Source: an uncultured delta proteobacterium
GTDB lineage: Bacteria; Myxococcota; Myxococcia; Myxococcales; Myxococcaceae
Length of the DNA: 64,000 bases
NCBI GenBank assembly: GCA_963776345.1
Contig: CAVZMH010000019.1
Location: 224,001 to 288,000, forward strand
Direction of reading: 5' to 3'
The notes beneath the pieces were generated by a model. The model worked only from the letters and a program-made list of their open reading frames with translations. It did no database searches and was not told the DNA's origin. Positions 10,218 through 19,542 of the stretch are shown in pieces. Each line of letters starts with the position of its first letter. The first letter of the stretch is position 1. A program made the position numbers and the translations under genes.

Positions 10218-10246
10218 GAACCCTCCAGGCCCCGGCCCGGCTCTCA
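10218..10246 (+). promoter_or_regulatory. Putative ECF promoter D (GAACC-N17-GCTCTCA), divergent from C, with no obvious downstream CDS
   Basis: GAACC ctccaggccccggcccg GCTCTCA. Confidence 0.6.
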
Positions 10247-10323
10247 GGTCCGGGAGCTCGGCGAGCCGGGACGGTCCGGCGGTCCGGACCCGTGCGTCGT
10301 TTCCCCCTCGACGCAGGTCCGTC

Positions 10324-10479
10324 TCAGAGGACCGCGCCGTTCCGGCCCCGGGCGCCCTCCATGACCGGACGTAGCGCCGCCAGCCCGAGCATCGCCACCG
10401 CGAGCGGGCGGGCCCGGGGCCGGGAGGCGCGCCAGCGGGCGGCGACCACGCCCACCGCGACGTGTCCGAGCGTGGCCAT
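10324..10479 (-). pseudogene. Short ORF resembling the N-terminus of a membrane metal-dependent hydrolase (YdjM-like), apparently truncated
   Basis: MATLGHVAVGVVAARW... start, coupled to the upstream gene by an overlapping TGA/ATG; only 51 aa and lacks downstream LPD/HRG motifs. Confidence 0.35.
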
Positions 10480-10922
10480 CAGCGGCGCACGAGGCCGCGC
10501 TCGAGCCGCTCCACGACGCCGAGGAGCGCGGGCCGGTCCACGCGCCCCCCGGTCGCCTCGGAGAGCGCGAGCAGCTGCTCGAGCACCCAGCGCGACACGA
10601 GGAGGAGCAAGGGGCGCTCCCGCTCGGGGATGCCGGCCTCCTGGTACCGCCGGTTGCGCATGTAGTCGTCGTAGGCCTCGTGCTCCCGTCCCAGCTCCCA
10701 GCGGACGAGCCGGAGCGCCGCGGAGAAGACCGCCGGCGAGGGACGGGGCGCCTCTGGCCCGAGGAGCGCGGCCACGCCGGCTCCGGTCCGCTGGTCGATC
10801 TCCTCGACGGGGAGCGGCCAGCGTCCGAGCTCGTCGAGGAGCAGCCGCGCCGCCTCGGCTAGCAGATGTTGCTGCAGAGGCACCGGCTTCTGGTCGAGGA
10901 TGCGCTCCCAGCGATTGCTCAC
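10479..10922 (-). CDS. Hypothetical protein
   Basis: 147 aa with protein-like composition (MSNRWERILDQKPVPLQQHLL...), GGAGG upstream of the GTG. Confidence 0.65.
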   Translation of the reverse strand: MSNRWERILDQKPVPLQQHLLAEAARLLLDELGRWPLPVEEIDQRTGAGVAALLGPEAPRPSPAVFSAALRLVRWELGREHEAYDDYMRNRRYQEAGIPERERPLLLLVSRWVLEQLLALSEATGGRVDRPALLGVVERLERGLVRR

Positions 10923-11071
10923 TGCCCCACCTCCGGACGACGCACGCTGGCCACGGGAGCCCCCAGCGTGTCCATGGCTGCGGTCCGCCGTCCAGTCCCC
11001 GGGCGAGTGTTTCCCGCGCGTCACGTGGGCGACCGCTTGCGCCGCTCCCCCGCGCGAGGGACAGATCCCCC

Positions 11072-12559
11072 ATGCCCGACGCACGCAGCCTGACGCCCCG
11101 GCTCCCCGAGCCCAAGCTCCTGATCGACGGTGAATCGGTGTCTCCGGCTGACGGCGGGACTCTCCCCATCACCAACCCCGCGACCGGGGAGACCTTCTTC
11201 CACGCCCCCGCGGCGGGCATCGCCGACGTGGACAAGGCCGTCCACGCCGCGCGCCGGGCGTTCGAGTCCGGCCCCTGGTCCCGGATGAGCCCCGGCGCCC
11301 GGGGCAAGCTGGTGCGCAAGCTGGCCGAGGCGCTGTGGGAGCGGCGGGAGGAGTTCGCGCTGGTCGGCTCGCTGGAGAACGGGAAGACGTTCGGCGAGGC
11401 CATCCGCGGCGACGTCGCGCCGGGGAGCGCCACCCTGGCCTACGCCTCCGAGTGGTCGAACAAGATGGCTGGCGAGGTGCTCCCCGTCGACGGGAGCTTC
11501 CTCACCTACGTGCTGCGCGAGCCGCTGGGCGTGGTGGCCGCCATCGTCCCCTGGAACTACCCGACCTGCCTCGCCTGCTGGAAGCTCGGGCCCGCGCTGT
11601 CCACCGGCTGCACCGTCATCCTCAAGCCCAGCGAGCTGACGCCGCTCACCGCGCTGAAGCTCGGCGAGCTGGCGCGCGAGGTGGGGTTCCCGCCCGGGGT
11701 GCTCAACGTGCTCCCCGGCTACGGCGCCCCCACCGGCGAGGCGCTGGCCCGTCACCCGGACGTGGACAAGATCGCCTTCACCGGCTCGGTGCGCACCGCG
11801 CGGCGGCTGCTGCACGCCTCGGCGGACACCAATCTGAAGAAGCTCACCCTCGAGCTGGGCGGGAAGAGCCCCCAGGTCATCTTCGCCGACGCCGACCTGG
11901 GCCGCGCGGTCGAGGCCTGCTTCTGGGGCATCTTCGGGAACAAGGGCGAGGTCTGCAACGCCGGCAGCCGGGTGCTGGTGCACGCCCGGGCGCACGACGC
12001 GTTCGTGGAGAAGCTGGTGACCCGGGCCCGGCAGATGGTGGTCGGCGACCCGCTCGACGCGCGCACCGAGATGGGGGCCCAGGTGAGCGCGCACCAGCTG
12101 GAGACCATCCTCGGCTACGTCGAGTCCGGGAAGAGCGAGGGCGCCACCCTGGCCTGCGGCGGCGAGCGCGACCGCGAGGGCCTCAAGGCCAGGGGCAACT
12201 TCCTCAAGCCCACCGTCTTCGTGGACGTGCAGCCCCACATGCGCATCGCCCAGGAGGAGATCTTCGGCCCGGTGCTCTCGGTGATGCGCTTCGAGGACGA
12301 GGCACAGGCGCTGCGGGTGGCCAACGGGACCTCGTACGGGCTCGCGGCGAGCATCTGGACGCGCGACGTGGCCCGGGCCCATGCCCTGGCGAGGAAGGTG
12401 CAGGCCGGCGTGGTGTGGATCAACTGCTTCAACGAGTTCGACGACGCGGCGCCCTTCGGCGGCTACAAGGAGTCCGGCTGGGGCCGCGACCTCTCCGCGC
12501 ACGCGCTGGAGAACTACACCCAGCTGAAGACGATCTGGACGCACCTCCCGGAGGTCTGA
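11072..12559 (+). CDS. NAD(P)-dependent aldehyde dehydrogenase (PuuC/betaine-aldehyde-like)
   Basis: IVPWNYP, FTGS, LELGGKSP, GEVCNAG, EEIFGPV, PFGGYKESGWGR. Confidence 0.93.
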   Translation: MPDARSLTPRLPEPKLLIDGESVSPADGGTLPITNPATGETFFHAPAAGIADVDKAVHAARRAFESGPWSRMSPGARGKLVRKLAEALWERREEFALVGSLENGKTFGEAIRGDVAPGSATLAYASEWSNKMAGEVLPVDGSFLTYVLREPLGVVAAIVPWNYPTCLACWKLGPALSTGCTVILKPSELTPLTALKLGELAREVGFPPGVLNVLPGYGAPTGEALARHPDVDKIAFTGSVRTARRLLHASADTNLKKLTLELGGKSPQVIFADADLGRAVEACFWGIFGNKGEVCNAGSRVLVHARAHDAFVEKLVTRARQMVVGDPLDARTEMGAQVSAHQLETILGYVESGKSEGATLACGGERDREGLKARGNFLKPTVFVDVQPHMRIAQEEIFGPVLSVMRFEDEAQALRVANGTSYGLAASIWTRDVARAHALARKVQAGVVWINCFNEFDDAAPFGGYKESGWGRDLSAHALENYTQLKTIWTHLPEV

Positions 12560-12562
12560 GCC

Positions 12563-13984
12563 ATGCCCCGCGCCGCCGGCCGTGCGACCCGAGCCACCGC
12601 CCGTGCTCCCAGGCAGGTCCGGACACCAGTGGATCCGGTGGAGCCGGTGCTGCGCTGGCTGGCCGACCACCGCGCGACCCAGGTGAAGATCGCCGGGGTC
12701 GACCTCGACGGGGTGCTGCGGGGCAAGTACGTCAGCCTGGACAAGTTCGCCTCGGTGGCCCGCGCGGGCCTGGGGTTCTGCGACGTGGTCTTCGGCTGGG
12801 ACCTCGCCGACGAGCTCTACGACAACGCCCGGGTCACCGGCTGGCACACCGGCTATCCGGACCTCCAGGCGCGGGTCGACCTCTCCACGGCGCGGATGAT
12901 TCCCTGGGAGCCGGCCACCGCCGCCTTCCTGCTCGACTTCGTGATGCCCGACGGCTCGGACTACGCCCCGAGCCCCCGGGCGCTGCTCCGGCGGGTGGGG
13001 CAGAAGGCGAGGGCGCTGGGCTTCCTCCCCAAGTTCGGGAGCGAGTACGAGTTCTTCATCTTCCGCGAGACGCCCGCCTCGCTGCGGGCCAAGGGCTTCC
13101 AGCAGCTCGAGCCGCTCACCCCGGGGATGTTCGGCTACTCCTGGCTCCGCACCTCGCAGAACTCGGACCTGGTCCACGCGCTGCTCGACGGGTGCAATGC
13201 CTTCGGGCTCGAGGTCGAGGGGTTCCACACCGAGACCGGCCCCGGGGTGTACGAGGCCGCCCTTCGCTACGACGTGCTGGAGCCGGCGGCAGACATGGCG
13301 GTGCTCTTCAAGTCGGCGGTGAAGGAGATCTGCGCCCGGGCCGGGCTCACCGCCTGCTTCATGTCCAAGCCCAGCGCCCGGCTCCCCGGGTGCTCGGGAC
13401 ACGTGCACCAGTCGCTGTGGAGCCTGGACGGGAGCCGCAACGCCTTCCACGAACCGCGGGCGACCCGCGGGATGTCGCGGACCCTGCGGCACTACCTCGG
13501 CGGGCAGCTGAAGCTGATGCCCGAGCTGACCGCGCTCTACTGGCCCACCATCAACAGCTACAAGCGCAGCGTGGAGAACACCTGGGCCCCGACCGCGGCG
13601 AGCTGGGGACGCGAGAACCGCACCTGCGCGCTGCGGGTCATCGGCACCGACCCGAAGAGCACGCGGGTGGAGTTCCGGCTGCTCGGCGCGGACATGAACC
13701 CCTACGTGGGCATGGCCGCCTCGCTGGCCTCCGGCCTCTGGGGCATCGAGCACCAGGTCGAGCCGGGAGAGCCGGTGACGGGAAACGCCTACCGGAGCGA
13801 TGCCGCCCCGCTGCCGCGCAACCTGCGCGACGCCATCACCCTCCTCGACCGGAGCACCGTCGCCCGGGAGCTGCTGGGCGAGGAGTTCGTCGATCACTAC
13901 CTCCGCACTCGCACCTGGGAGGTCCGGCAGTACGAGCGCGCCGTGACCACCTGGGAGCTGGAGCGATACTTCGAGCTCGCCTGA
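12563..13984 (+). CDS. Glutamine synthetase-like gamma-glutamyl-amine ligase (PuuA/GlnA4-like)
   Basis: DLDGVLRGK, EYEFF, HTETGPGVYE, FMSKP..GCSGHVHQSL, WGRENRT, RVEFR. Start could be 12629. Confidence 0.88.
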   Translation: MPRAAGRATRATARAPRQVRTPVDPVEPVLRWLADHRATQVKIAGVDLDGVLRGKYVSLDKFASVARAGLGFCDVVFGWDLADELYDNARVTGWHTGYPDLQARVDLSTARMIPWEPATAAFLLDFVMPDGSDYAPSPRALLRRVGQKARALGFLPKFGSEYEFFIFRETPASLRAKGFQQLEPLTPGMFGYSWLRTSQNSDLVHALLDGCNAFGLEVEGFHTETGPGVYEAALRYDVLEPAADMAVLFKSAVKEICARAGLTACFMSKPSARLPGCSGHVHQSLWSLDGSRNAFHEPRATRGMSRTLRHYLGGQLKLMPELTALYWPTINSYKRSVENTWAPTAASWGRENRTCALRVIGTDPKSTRVEFRLLGADMNPYVGMAASLASGLWGIEHQVEPGEPVTGNAYRSDAAPLPRNLRDAITLLDRSTVARELLGEEFVDHYLRTRTWEVRQYERAVTTWELERYFELA

Positions 13985-13986
13985 CC

Positions 13987-15177
13987 ATGGAAACGCCCTT
14001 CTTCGACCTGCCGGCCACGCCGCGCGTCACCGTGATGTCCTGGCCCACCCGCATCGTGCTCGGGCCGGGCGCCCTGAAGCGGCTGCCGGACGAGGTGCGG
14101 CGGCTCGGGCTGCGCCGCCCCCTGCTGGTGACCGACGCCGGGGTGGTGAAGGCCGGGCTGGTCGACCGGGTGCTGGCGGTGCTCGGCGAGGCGGGCATCG
14201 TCCACGTGCTCTTCGACCACGTCACCCCGGATCCGACGGAGCCGGACGTCTTCGCCGGGCTGGAGGCCTACCGGAGCGGCGGCTGCGACGGCATCGTCGC
14301 CCTCGGCGGCGGCAGCCCGCTGGACGCCGCGAAGCTGGTGCAGCTCCTCACCACCCATCCGCCCCCGCTCAGCCGCTACGACGACGCGACCGGCGGAGAC
14401 CGGTTCGTCACCCATCCGCTTCCCCCGCTGATCGCCATCCCCACCACCGCCGGGACCGGGAGCGAGGTGAGCCGGAGCGGCGTCGCCTTCCTCCAGGACA
14501 CCGGGCGAAAGACGGTCATCTTCGCGCCGGCGCTGCTGCCGCGCGCCGCGATCTGCGATCCGGAGCTGACCTACGGGCTGCCCCCGCGGGCCACGGCGGC
14601 GACGGGGCTCGACGCCTTCACCCACTGCCTCGAGGCCTACCTGAGCAACGGGTTCCACCCGCTCGCCGACGCGGTGGCCATCGACGGCATCGCCCGGGTG
14701 GCGCGCGCGCTCCCGGTGGTGATGCAGGAGCCGACCCATCTCCAGGCCCGGATGGACATGATGATCGCCGCGATGGAGGGGGCGATGGCGTTCCAGAAGG
14801 GGCTGGGGAACGCGCACGCGCTGGCGCATGCGCTCACCCCGGTCGCCGGGCTCCACCACGGGCTGGCCAACGCGGTGGTGCTACCGTCGGTGATGGCGTT
14901 CAACCGCGGCTCGGCGCGGGCGCGGCTGGCGTGCGTGGCGGTGGCGATGGGGGAACCGTCGGGCGCCTCGGACGAGGTGCTCGCCGGACTGGCCATCGAG
15001 CGGGTGCGCACGCTGGTCTCGGACGCGGGGCTGCCCACGCGGCTGTCCGACGCGGGGGTGAAGGAGGCGGACCTCGAGCGCATCGCCGCGCTCGCCTTCC
15101 GCGACGCCTCGCACCAGGGAAATCCCAGGCCGACCACCGAGGCCGACCTGCTCGACATCGCCCGCGCGGCGCTCTGA
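13987..15177 (+). CDS. Iron-containing alcohol dehydrogenase
   Basis: GGGSPLDAAK, IPTTAGTGSE, DAFTHCLE, HALAH, HHGLAN. Confidence 0.93.
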   Translation: METPFFDLPATPRVTVMSWPTRIVLGPGALKRLPDEVRRLGLRRPLLVTDAGVVKAGLVDRVLAVLGEAGIVHVLFDHVTPDPTEPDVFAGLEAYRSGGCDGIVALGGGSPLDAAKLVQLLTTHPPPLSRYDDATGGDRFVTHPLPPLIAIPTTAGTGSEVSRSGVAFLQDTGRKTVIFAPALLPRAAICDPELTYGLPPRATAATGLDAFTHCLEAYLSNGFHPLADAVAIDGIARVARALPVVMQEPTHLQARMDMMIAAMEGAMAFQKGLGNAHALAHALTPVAGLHHGLANAVVLPSVMAFNRGSARARLACVAVAMGEPSGASDEVLAGLAIERVRTLVSDAGLPTRLSDAGVKEADLERIAALAFRDASHQGNPRPTTEADLLDIARAAL

Positions 15178-15258
15178 GCGCCGCCCAGGTCGAGCTCAGT
15201 CCCCCGCACCAGGGGGACGCCTGGGAGGACCGGCGCAGGGGCGCCGGGTCGATGAGGC

Positions 15259-15765
15259 TCAGCCCCCCGGCCGGTTCGTCGCCGCCGGCGAAGACGGGCC
15301 CGGGACCAGCGCTCCCGGCCTCGGCTCGTTCGTCTCGCTGGGGATGAAGTCGATCGTCTCCACCACCACCTTGCCCGGCAACCGGAAGTCGATCGGCTTG
15401 AAGCTCGGGCTGGCCATCTCGTTGAGCTGGTTGGCCACGCTGGCGGCCTCCAGCCGCTGGTCGGAGAAGAAGATGTGGATCTTCACCGGACCCTCCTCGG
15501 CCGGGATGCGGTACGCCTGCCCGAGCACCGGATCTCCGGCGGGACATCTCACCGAGACGTTGCTCTTGCTCATGGTGAGCTGACGGACGACGCCCTTCCC
15601 CGAGTGGGTGAACACCAGGCAGTACTCCATCTGGCCCTCGCCGGGGACGAACTGGACGGTGTCCCCGGAGATACGCCGGAGCTCCATGCGCTGCGTCGGC
15701 ACACCCGAGCGGGCGCATGCGACCAGCGCCAGAGCGACTCCGGCCACGACATGACGGCTGTTCAC
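15259..15765 (-). CDS. Hypothetical lipoprotein
   Basis: Lipobox ALALVAC; GC-biased codon usage. Confidence 0.7.
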   Translation of the reverse strand: MNSRHVVAGVALALVACARSGVPTQRMELRRISGDTVQFVPGEGQMEYCLVFTHSGKGVVRQLTMSKSNVSVRCPAGDPVLGQAYRIPAEEGPVKIHIFFSDQRLEAASVANQLNEMASPSFKPIDFRLPGKVVVETIDFIPSETNEPRPGALVPGPSSPAATNRPGG

Positions 15766-15787
15766 GACTCTCCCCTTTCCCGCAGCC

Positions 15788-17620
15788 TCAGCGCGGCTGT
15801 CGCGCCGCGCGTCGGTAGACGACCACCTGCGGCGTCTCGTCGAGGTACAGGCCCGTCGAGGGAACCCACGTCCCGAAGGCCTGCCAGACCAGGACCTCCT
15901 GCTCGCGGAACTCCTGGTGGTACTGGACGGCGGCGAGGTCCGCGTCCTCGGGGCCGCCTGCAGGCACAACGTCCGAACGCAGCATCGCATTGCGCTGGTA
16001 ATCGCGGAAGGAGAGCCCGTTCACCTCGTGAAGCCACACCCGCGCACCTGCCGGCGCGCTCGCGTCGATCCAGGGGAGCACGCCGGTGACATTGTTGCTC
16101 CAGTACTGACGCTGGAGCCCGAGGCTCGCCGCGCCGGGAGCTCCGCCTGCCAGCTCGCCATAGGCCGACGTGCCGTACGGGTGCACATGGACGGTCAGCG
16201 TGAGCGCCGGAAGCAGGACCACTGATGCGAAGGTGATGCTGGCGATCATGCCATGTCGCACCGGGAGCCTCGTCGCCGCCGCCAGCCCGCCGGCCGCGCG
16301 GTCGAACTCCCGGCCGGCGAGGAGCGCGAGGAACGGCATCGAGGGAAGCCAGTGCTTCACCCCGCCGAAGTGCGGCACGTCGGGGAGGCTGATGAGGAGG
16401 ATGGAGAAGAGCGCGTTGACGCCGAGCAGCCACTCGGTCCCGCCGCCGCGCCCCACGCGGCGCCCGAGCGCCGGCACGAGGTCGCCGAGCGTCCGCGCCC
16501 CCGTGCGGAGCAGCCCCACGCCCATCGGCAGGAGCAGCGAGACGGGGAGGGTGAGCGCGGTGACCACGAAGACGTAGGGCAGCGGGAACGGCGGCGCGCG
16601 CAGCACCTCGCCGAGGTAGGTCCAGGCGTAGTGGACGTGCGTGGCGTGGAAGTCGAAGTACCAGGCCAGCCGGTCCACCGGATGGAGCCAGAGCCAGGGC
16701 CAGTGCAGGTAGAAGACCGCCGGGCCGACGAGCCCCATCGCCACCAGCGGGGCCACCCGGAGGAAGGCCGCCGTGTCGCGCGCGCGCAGCTGCCCGGCGA
16801 GCGTCGCCAGGCCGGCGACGAGCGCCACCACGCCGAAGGTCTGCGGCGACAGCAGGCCCCACGACTGCACCAGCCCGCGCCGCCCGTTCACCATCAGGAG
16901 CAGGAGCAGGAAGCCGAGAAAGGCGACCGCGCTCTCGCCCATCCGGACCAGGAGGCGACGTCCCTCCGCTCCGGCGACCCGCCACGCGGCGAGAACGCCG
17001 AACGGGGTGAGCACCAGCGGGAGGAAGAAGGCGTTGTGCTTGGTGGCGAGCGCCAGGCCGAAGGCGAGCCCGGTCCAGGGCGCGAAGCGCAGGTCCTCCT
17101 CGGCGCGCCAGAAGAGGTACACCACCAGGAGCCACATCGCCGCCACCGGCATGTCGAAGCAGGCGAGATGGGCGTGAAAGAAGTGGCGGGGAACGAGGAA
17201 GAACGAGACGGCGGCGAAGACTCCGGCCCGCCGGCCCCACAGCGCCGAGCCCCAGGCGTGGAGCAGCGCCGGGATGAGCGCGGCGACGGCGAACGCCGGC
17301 AGCCGGAAGCCGGCCGCGGGCCGGACCCACCCGAGCATCGAGTGGAAGAGCGCGTGCGACCATCCGAAGAGCGACTTCATGAGCATCGGGTGCTCGTGGT
17401 TGAAGTCGAAGGCCTGCGAGATGGCCGCGTCGCTCAGCGCCGCCGCCGGGCGATGGAAGAGGAGCGTCCACCAGCGGGAGAACTGCTCCGCCGCCGCGAA
17501 GTAGACGCTCTCGTCGCGGACGAAGCCCACCGGGCGCTCGGTGGCCCAGAGCACCGCGAAGGTGACCAGTCCGAGCCCGAGCGCGATGCGCCGGTCCGTC
17601 GGTGTGGGCGCCCGGCTCAC
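15788..17620 (-). CDS. GT-C fold membrane glycosyltransferase (ArnT/PMT-like)
   Basis: RDE acidic motif after the first TM helix, NHEHPMLMK, multiple TM helices, ATKHNAFF. Confidence 0.8.
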   Translation of the reverse strand: MSRAPTPTDRRIALGLGLVTFAVLWATERPVGFVRDESVYFAAAEQFSRWWTLLFHRPAAALSDAAISQAFDFNHEHPMLMKSLFGWSHALFHSMLGWVRPAAGFRLPAFAVAALIPALLHAWGSALWGRRAGVFAAVSFFLVPRHFFHAHLACFDMPVAAMWLLVVYLFWRAEEDLRFAPWTGLAFGLALATKHNAFFLPLVLTPFGVLAAWRVAGAEGRRLLVRMGESAVAFLGFLLLLLMVNGRRGLVQSWGLLSPQTFGVVALVAGLATLAGQLRARDTAAFLRVAPLVAMGLVGPAVFYLHWPWLWLHPVDRLAWYFDFHATHVHYAWTYLGEVLRAPPFPLPYVFVVTALTLPVSLLLPMGVGLLRTGARTLGDLVPALGRRVGRGGGTEWLLGVNALFSILLISLPDVPHFGGVKHWLPSMPFLALLAGREFDRAAGGLAAATRLPVRHGMIASITFASVVLLPALTLTVHVHPYGTSAYGELAGGAPGAASLGLQRQYWSNNVTGVLPWIDASAPAGARVWLHEVNGLSFRDYQRNAMLRSDVVPAGGPEDADLAAVQYHQEFREQEVLVWQAFGTWVPSTGLYLDETPQVVVYRRAARQPR

Positions 17621-18526
17621 GGCGGCGCCCCCAGTCCGCGGAGGCGGACGCAGACCTGGCGGTCCTGCGGGTTGCCGGTCTGCACCCGGAGGGTCCACGG
17701 GCCGGGCGCCGAGGAGGGCGACTCGCCGCGGACGAAGCCCTCGTGTGCGCCGGGGACTCTCAGGATCAGCGCGCCGGCAGGGCTGTCGAGCCGGAGCTGC
17801 ACGTCGGCGCGCCCGGCGAGCCAGGCGTGCTCCCAGGTGACGCCCGCCTCGAGGAGCAGCGCATCTGCCGGCGGCGCCTCGGGTAGCCGGACGGCGAGCG
17901 TGCGTCCACCGCTCGGTGGTACCAGGAAGAGACAGCGCACCGGCTGGTACAGCACCTCGTGCCAGGCCACCTCCACCGTGGCGTCGAAGGGACAGAGCAC
18001 GCGCGCCCCGGCGCGCTGGCAGGGCAGGGGCGCCGCGCCGGGCCCCTCGACCGTCACCTCGAGGCGGTCGAAGGCGTCCACCGCGGAGAGGAGCGACCGT
18101 GCGCGCCCGGCCGTTCCGGTACGGGGTCAAGGTGAGCGGCCCGAACTGGCGCAGCGCTCCGAGGGGCGTGCGGTCGGGAAGGAAGTGCCGGCGGAAGTCC
18201 GCGTCCGGCGTCCGGGGAAGCCGCTCGTTGGCCAGCACCCAGATGCGGGGGTGGGCGACCAGGTCGTCGGCGGTGTCTCCGAGGTACCCCACCACCGGGA
18301 GGTCCGGCGGGAGGAAGAGCCGGGCGCGCTCCGTCCACCAGGGGTGCAGGAGCACCACGTCGCCCGGCGCGCGCGCGCTCGCCAGCGCCTCCGCCACCGC
18401 GCGGTAGTCCGCGTCGGAGGGAAAGGCGCGAGGCAGTTGCAGCTGGAACCCGAGGCCGAGCAGCGCCACGAGCACCAGCGCCAGCGCGGGCGCGGCGGTG
18501 CGAAATCTGTGGGCCGTCTCGTTCAC
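17617..18526 (-). CDS. Hypothetical membrane-anchored protein, frameshift near 18090
   Basis: N-terminal TM helix. The 18526 ORF continues plausibly in the 17617-18081 frame, whose stop overlaps the GT start (GTGA). Confidence 0.6.
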
Positions 18527-18558
18527 GCCGGCGGCAGACGCTTTAGCATCCCGGTGCC

Positions 18559-19542
18559 ATGCTGGCCCTCATCCTGACTGGAGTCCTGCTCGCCGAGCCG
18601 GTGGCCGTTCCCATCCCGGGCGGGGAAGGCGGAATCGGCTTCGACGATCTGGTCTTCTCGCCGCCGCTCCACCGCTTCATCGTGCCCGGCGGACGGACGG
18701 GGAGCGTCTTCCTCCTCGATCCGGCGACGCGCCACCTCGAGTCCGTGGGCGCCCTGAGCAAGCTGCCCTCCTGGACCGGCGGGCACGGGCAGGGGGTGAC
18801 CTCGGCCGACGCCCGTCCAGGAACGCTCTTCGCCGCCGATCGCACCACCAGGCGGCTGTTCGCCCTTCCCCTCGGCGGGCCCGGCCCAGTCGCCGAGGCG
18901 CCGCTCGAGGGCGGCCCGGACTACGTCCGCTGGGTCGAGCCCACCCACGAGGTCTGGGTCACCGAGCCGGGCAAGAAGTCCATCGAGATCTTCCGGTTCG
19001 ACGCCGGACCGGCTCCGGCGCTGGTCCGCGCCGGCCGCCTCGAGGTGCCCGACGGCCCCGAGTCGCTGGTGCTCGATGTCGCGCACGGCCGGGCCTTCAC
19101 CAGCACCTGGCACGACCAGACGCTGGCGATCTCGCTCCGCGAACGCAGGGTGGTGGCGCGCTGGAGCAACGGGTGCAAGGGCGCGCGGGGGCTGGCGGCG
19201 GATCCGGACCGGGGTCTGGTCCTCGTCGGCTGCGAGGAGGGTGCGGTGACGGTCGTCGACACGGCCCACGGCGGCCGGCTCGCCGGCCGTGCGCGGACGG
19301 GTGAAGGCGTGGACGTCATCGCCTACGACCCCGTCGCCCACCGGCTCTACGTCCCTGCCGCCGACGCAGCCCGGCTCGAGGTCTTCGAGGTCGGCCAGGA
19401 TGGCTCGCTTCGTGCGCTCTGGCAGGCACGGACGGCTGCCGAGGCCCACTGCGCGGCCGCGGACGGAGCGGGGCACGTGGTGGTCTGTGACCCGAAGGCA
19501 GGCCGCCTCCTGCTCTTCGAGGAGGGCAAGAGCGCTCCGTGA
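18559..19542 (+). CDS. Secreted YncE/YVTN-like beta-propeller protein
   Basis: Signal peptide; GFDDL, repeated DP-x-x-x-R-L-Y/F-V blades. Confidence 0.75.
   Translation: MLALILTGVLLAEPVAVPIPGGEGGIGFDDLVFSPPLHRFIVPGGRTGSVFLLDPATRHLESVGALSKLPSWTGGHGQGVTSADARPGTLFAADRTTRRLFALPLGGPGPVAEAPLEGGPDYVRWVEPTHEVWVTEPGKKSIEIFRFDAGPAPALVRAGRLEVPDGPESLVLDVAHGRAFTSTWHDQTLAISLRERRVVARWSNGCKGARGLAADPDRGLVLVGCEEGAVTVVDTAHGGRLAGRARTGEGVDVIAYDPVAHRLYVPAADAARLEVFEVGQDGSLRALWQARTAAEAHCAAADGAGHVVVCDPKAGRLLLFEEGKSAP

Noticed and set aside
9008..15177. Apparent giant proteins of 1183 aa and 1280 aa
   Set aside because: Stop-free upstream extensions of the ALDH (true start 11072) and Fe-ADH (true start 13987).
15178..15240. 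GC-rich hairpin between convergent genes as an ncRNA
   Set aside because: Adequately explained as a terminator-like structure; no promoter evidence.
15788..18526. 912-aa fusion glycosyltransferase
   Set aside because: Created by a frameshift near 18090; a GTGA stop/start overlap at 17617-17620 shows two genes.
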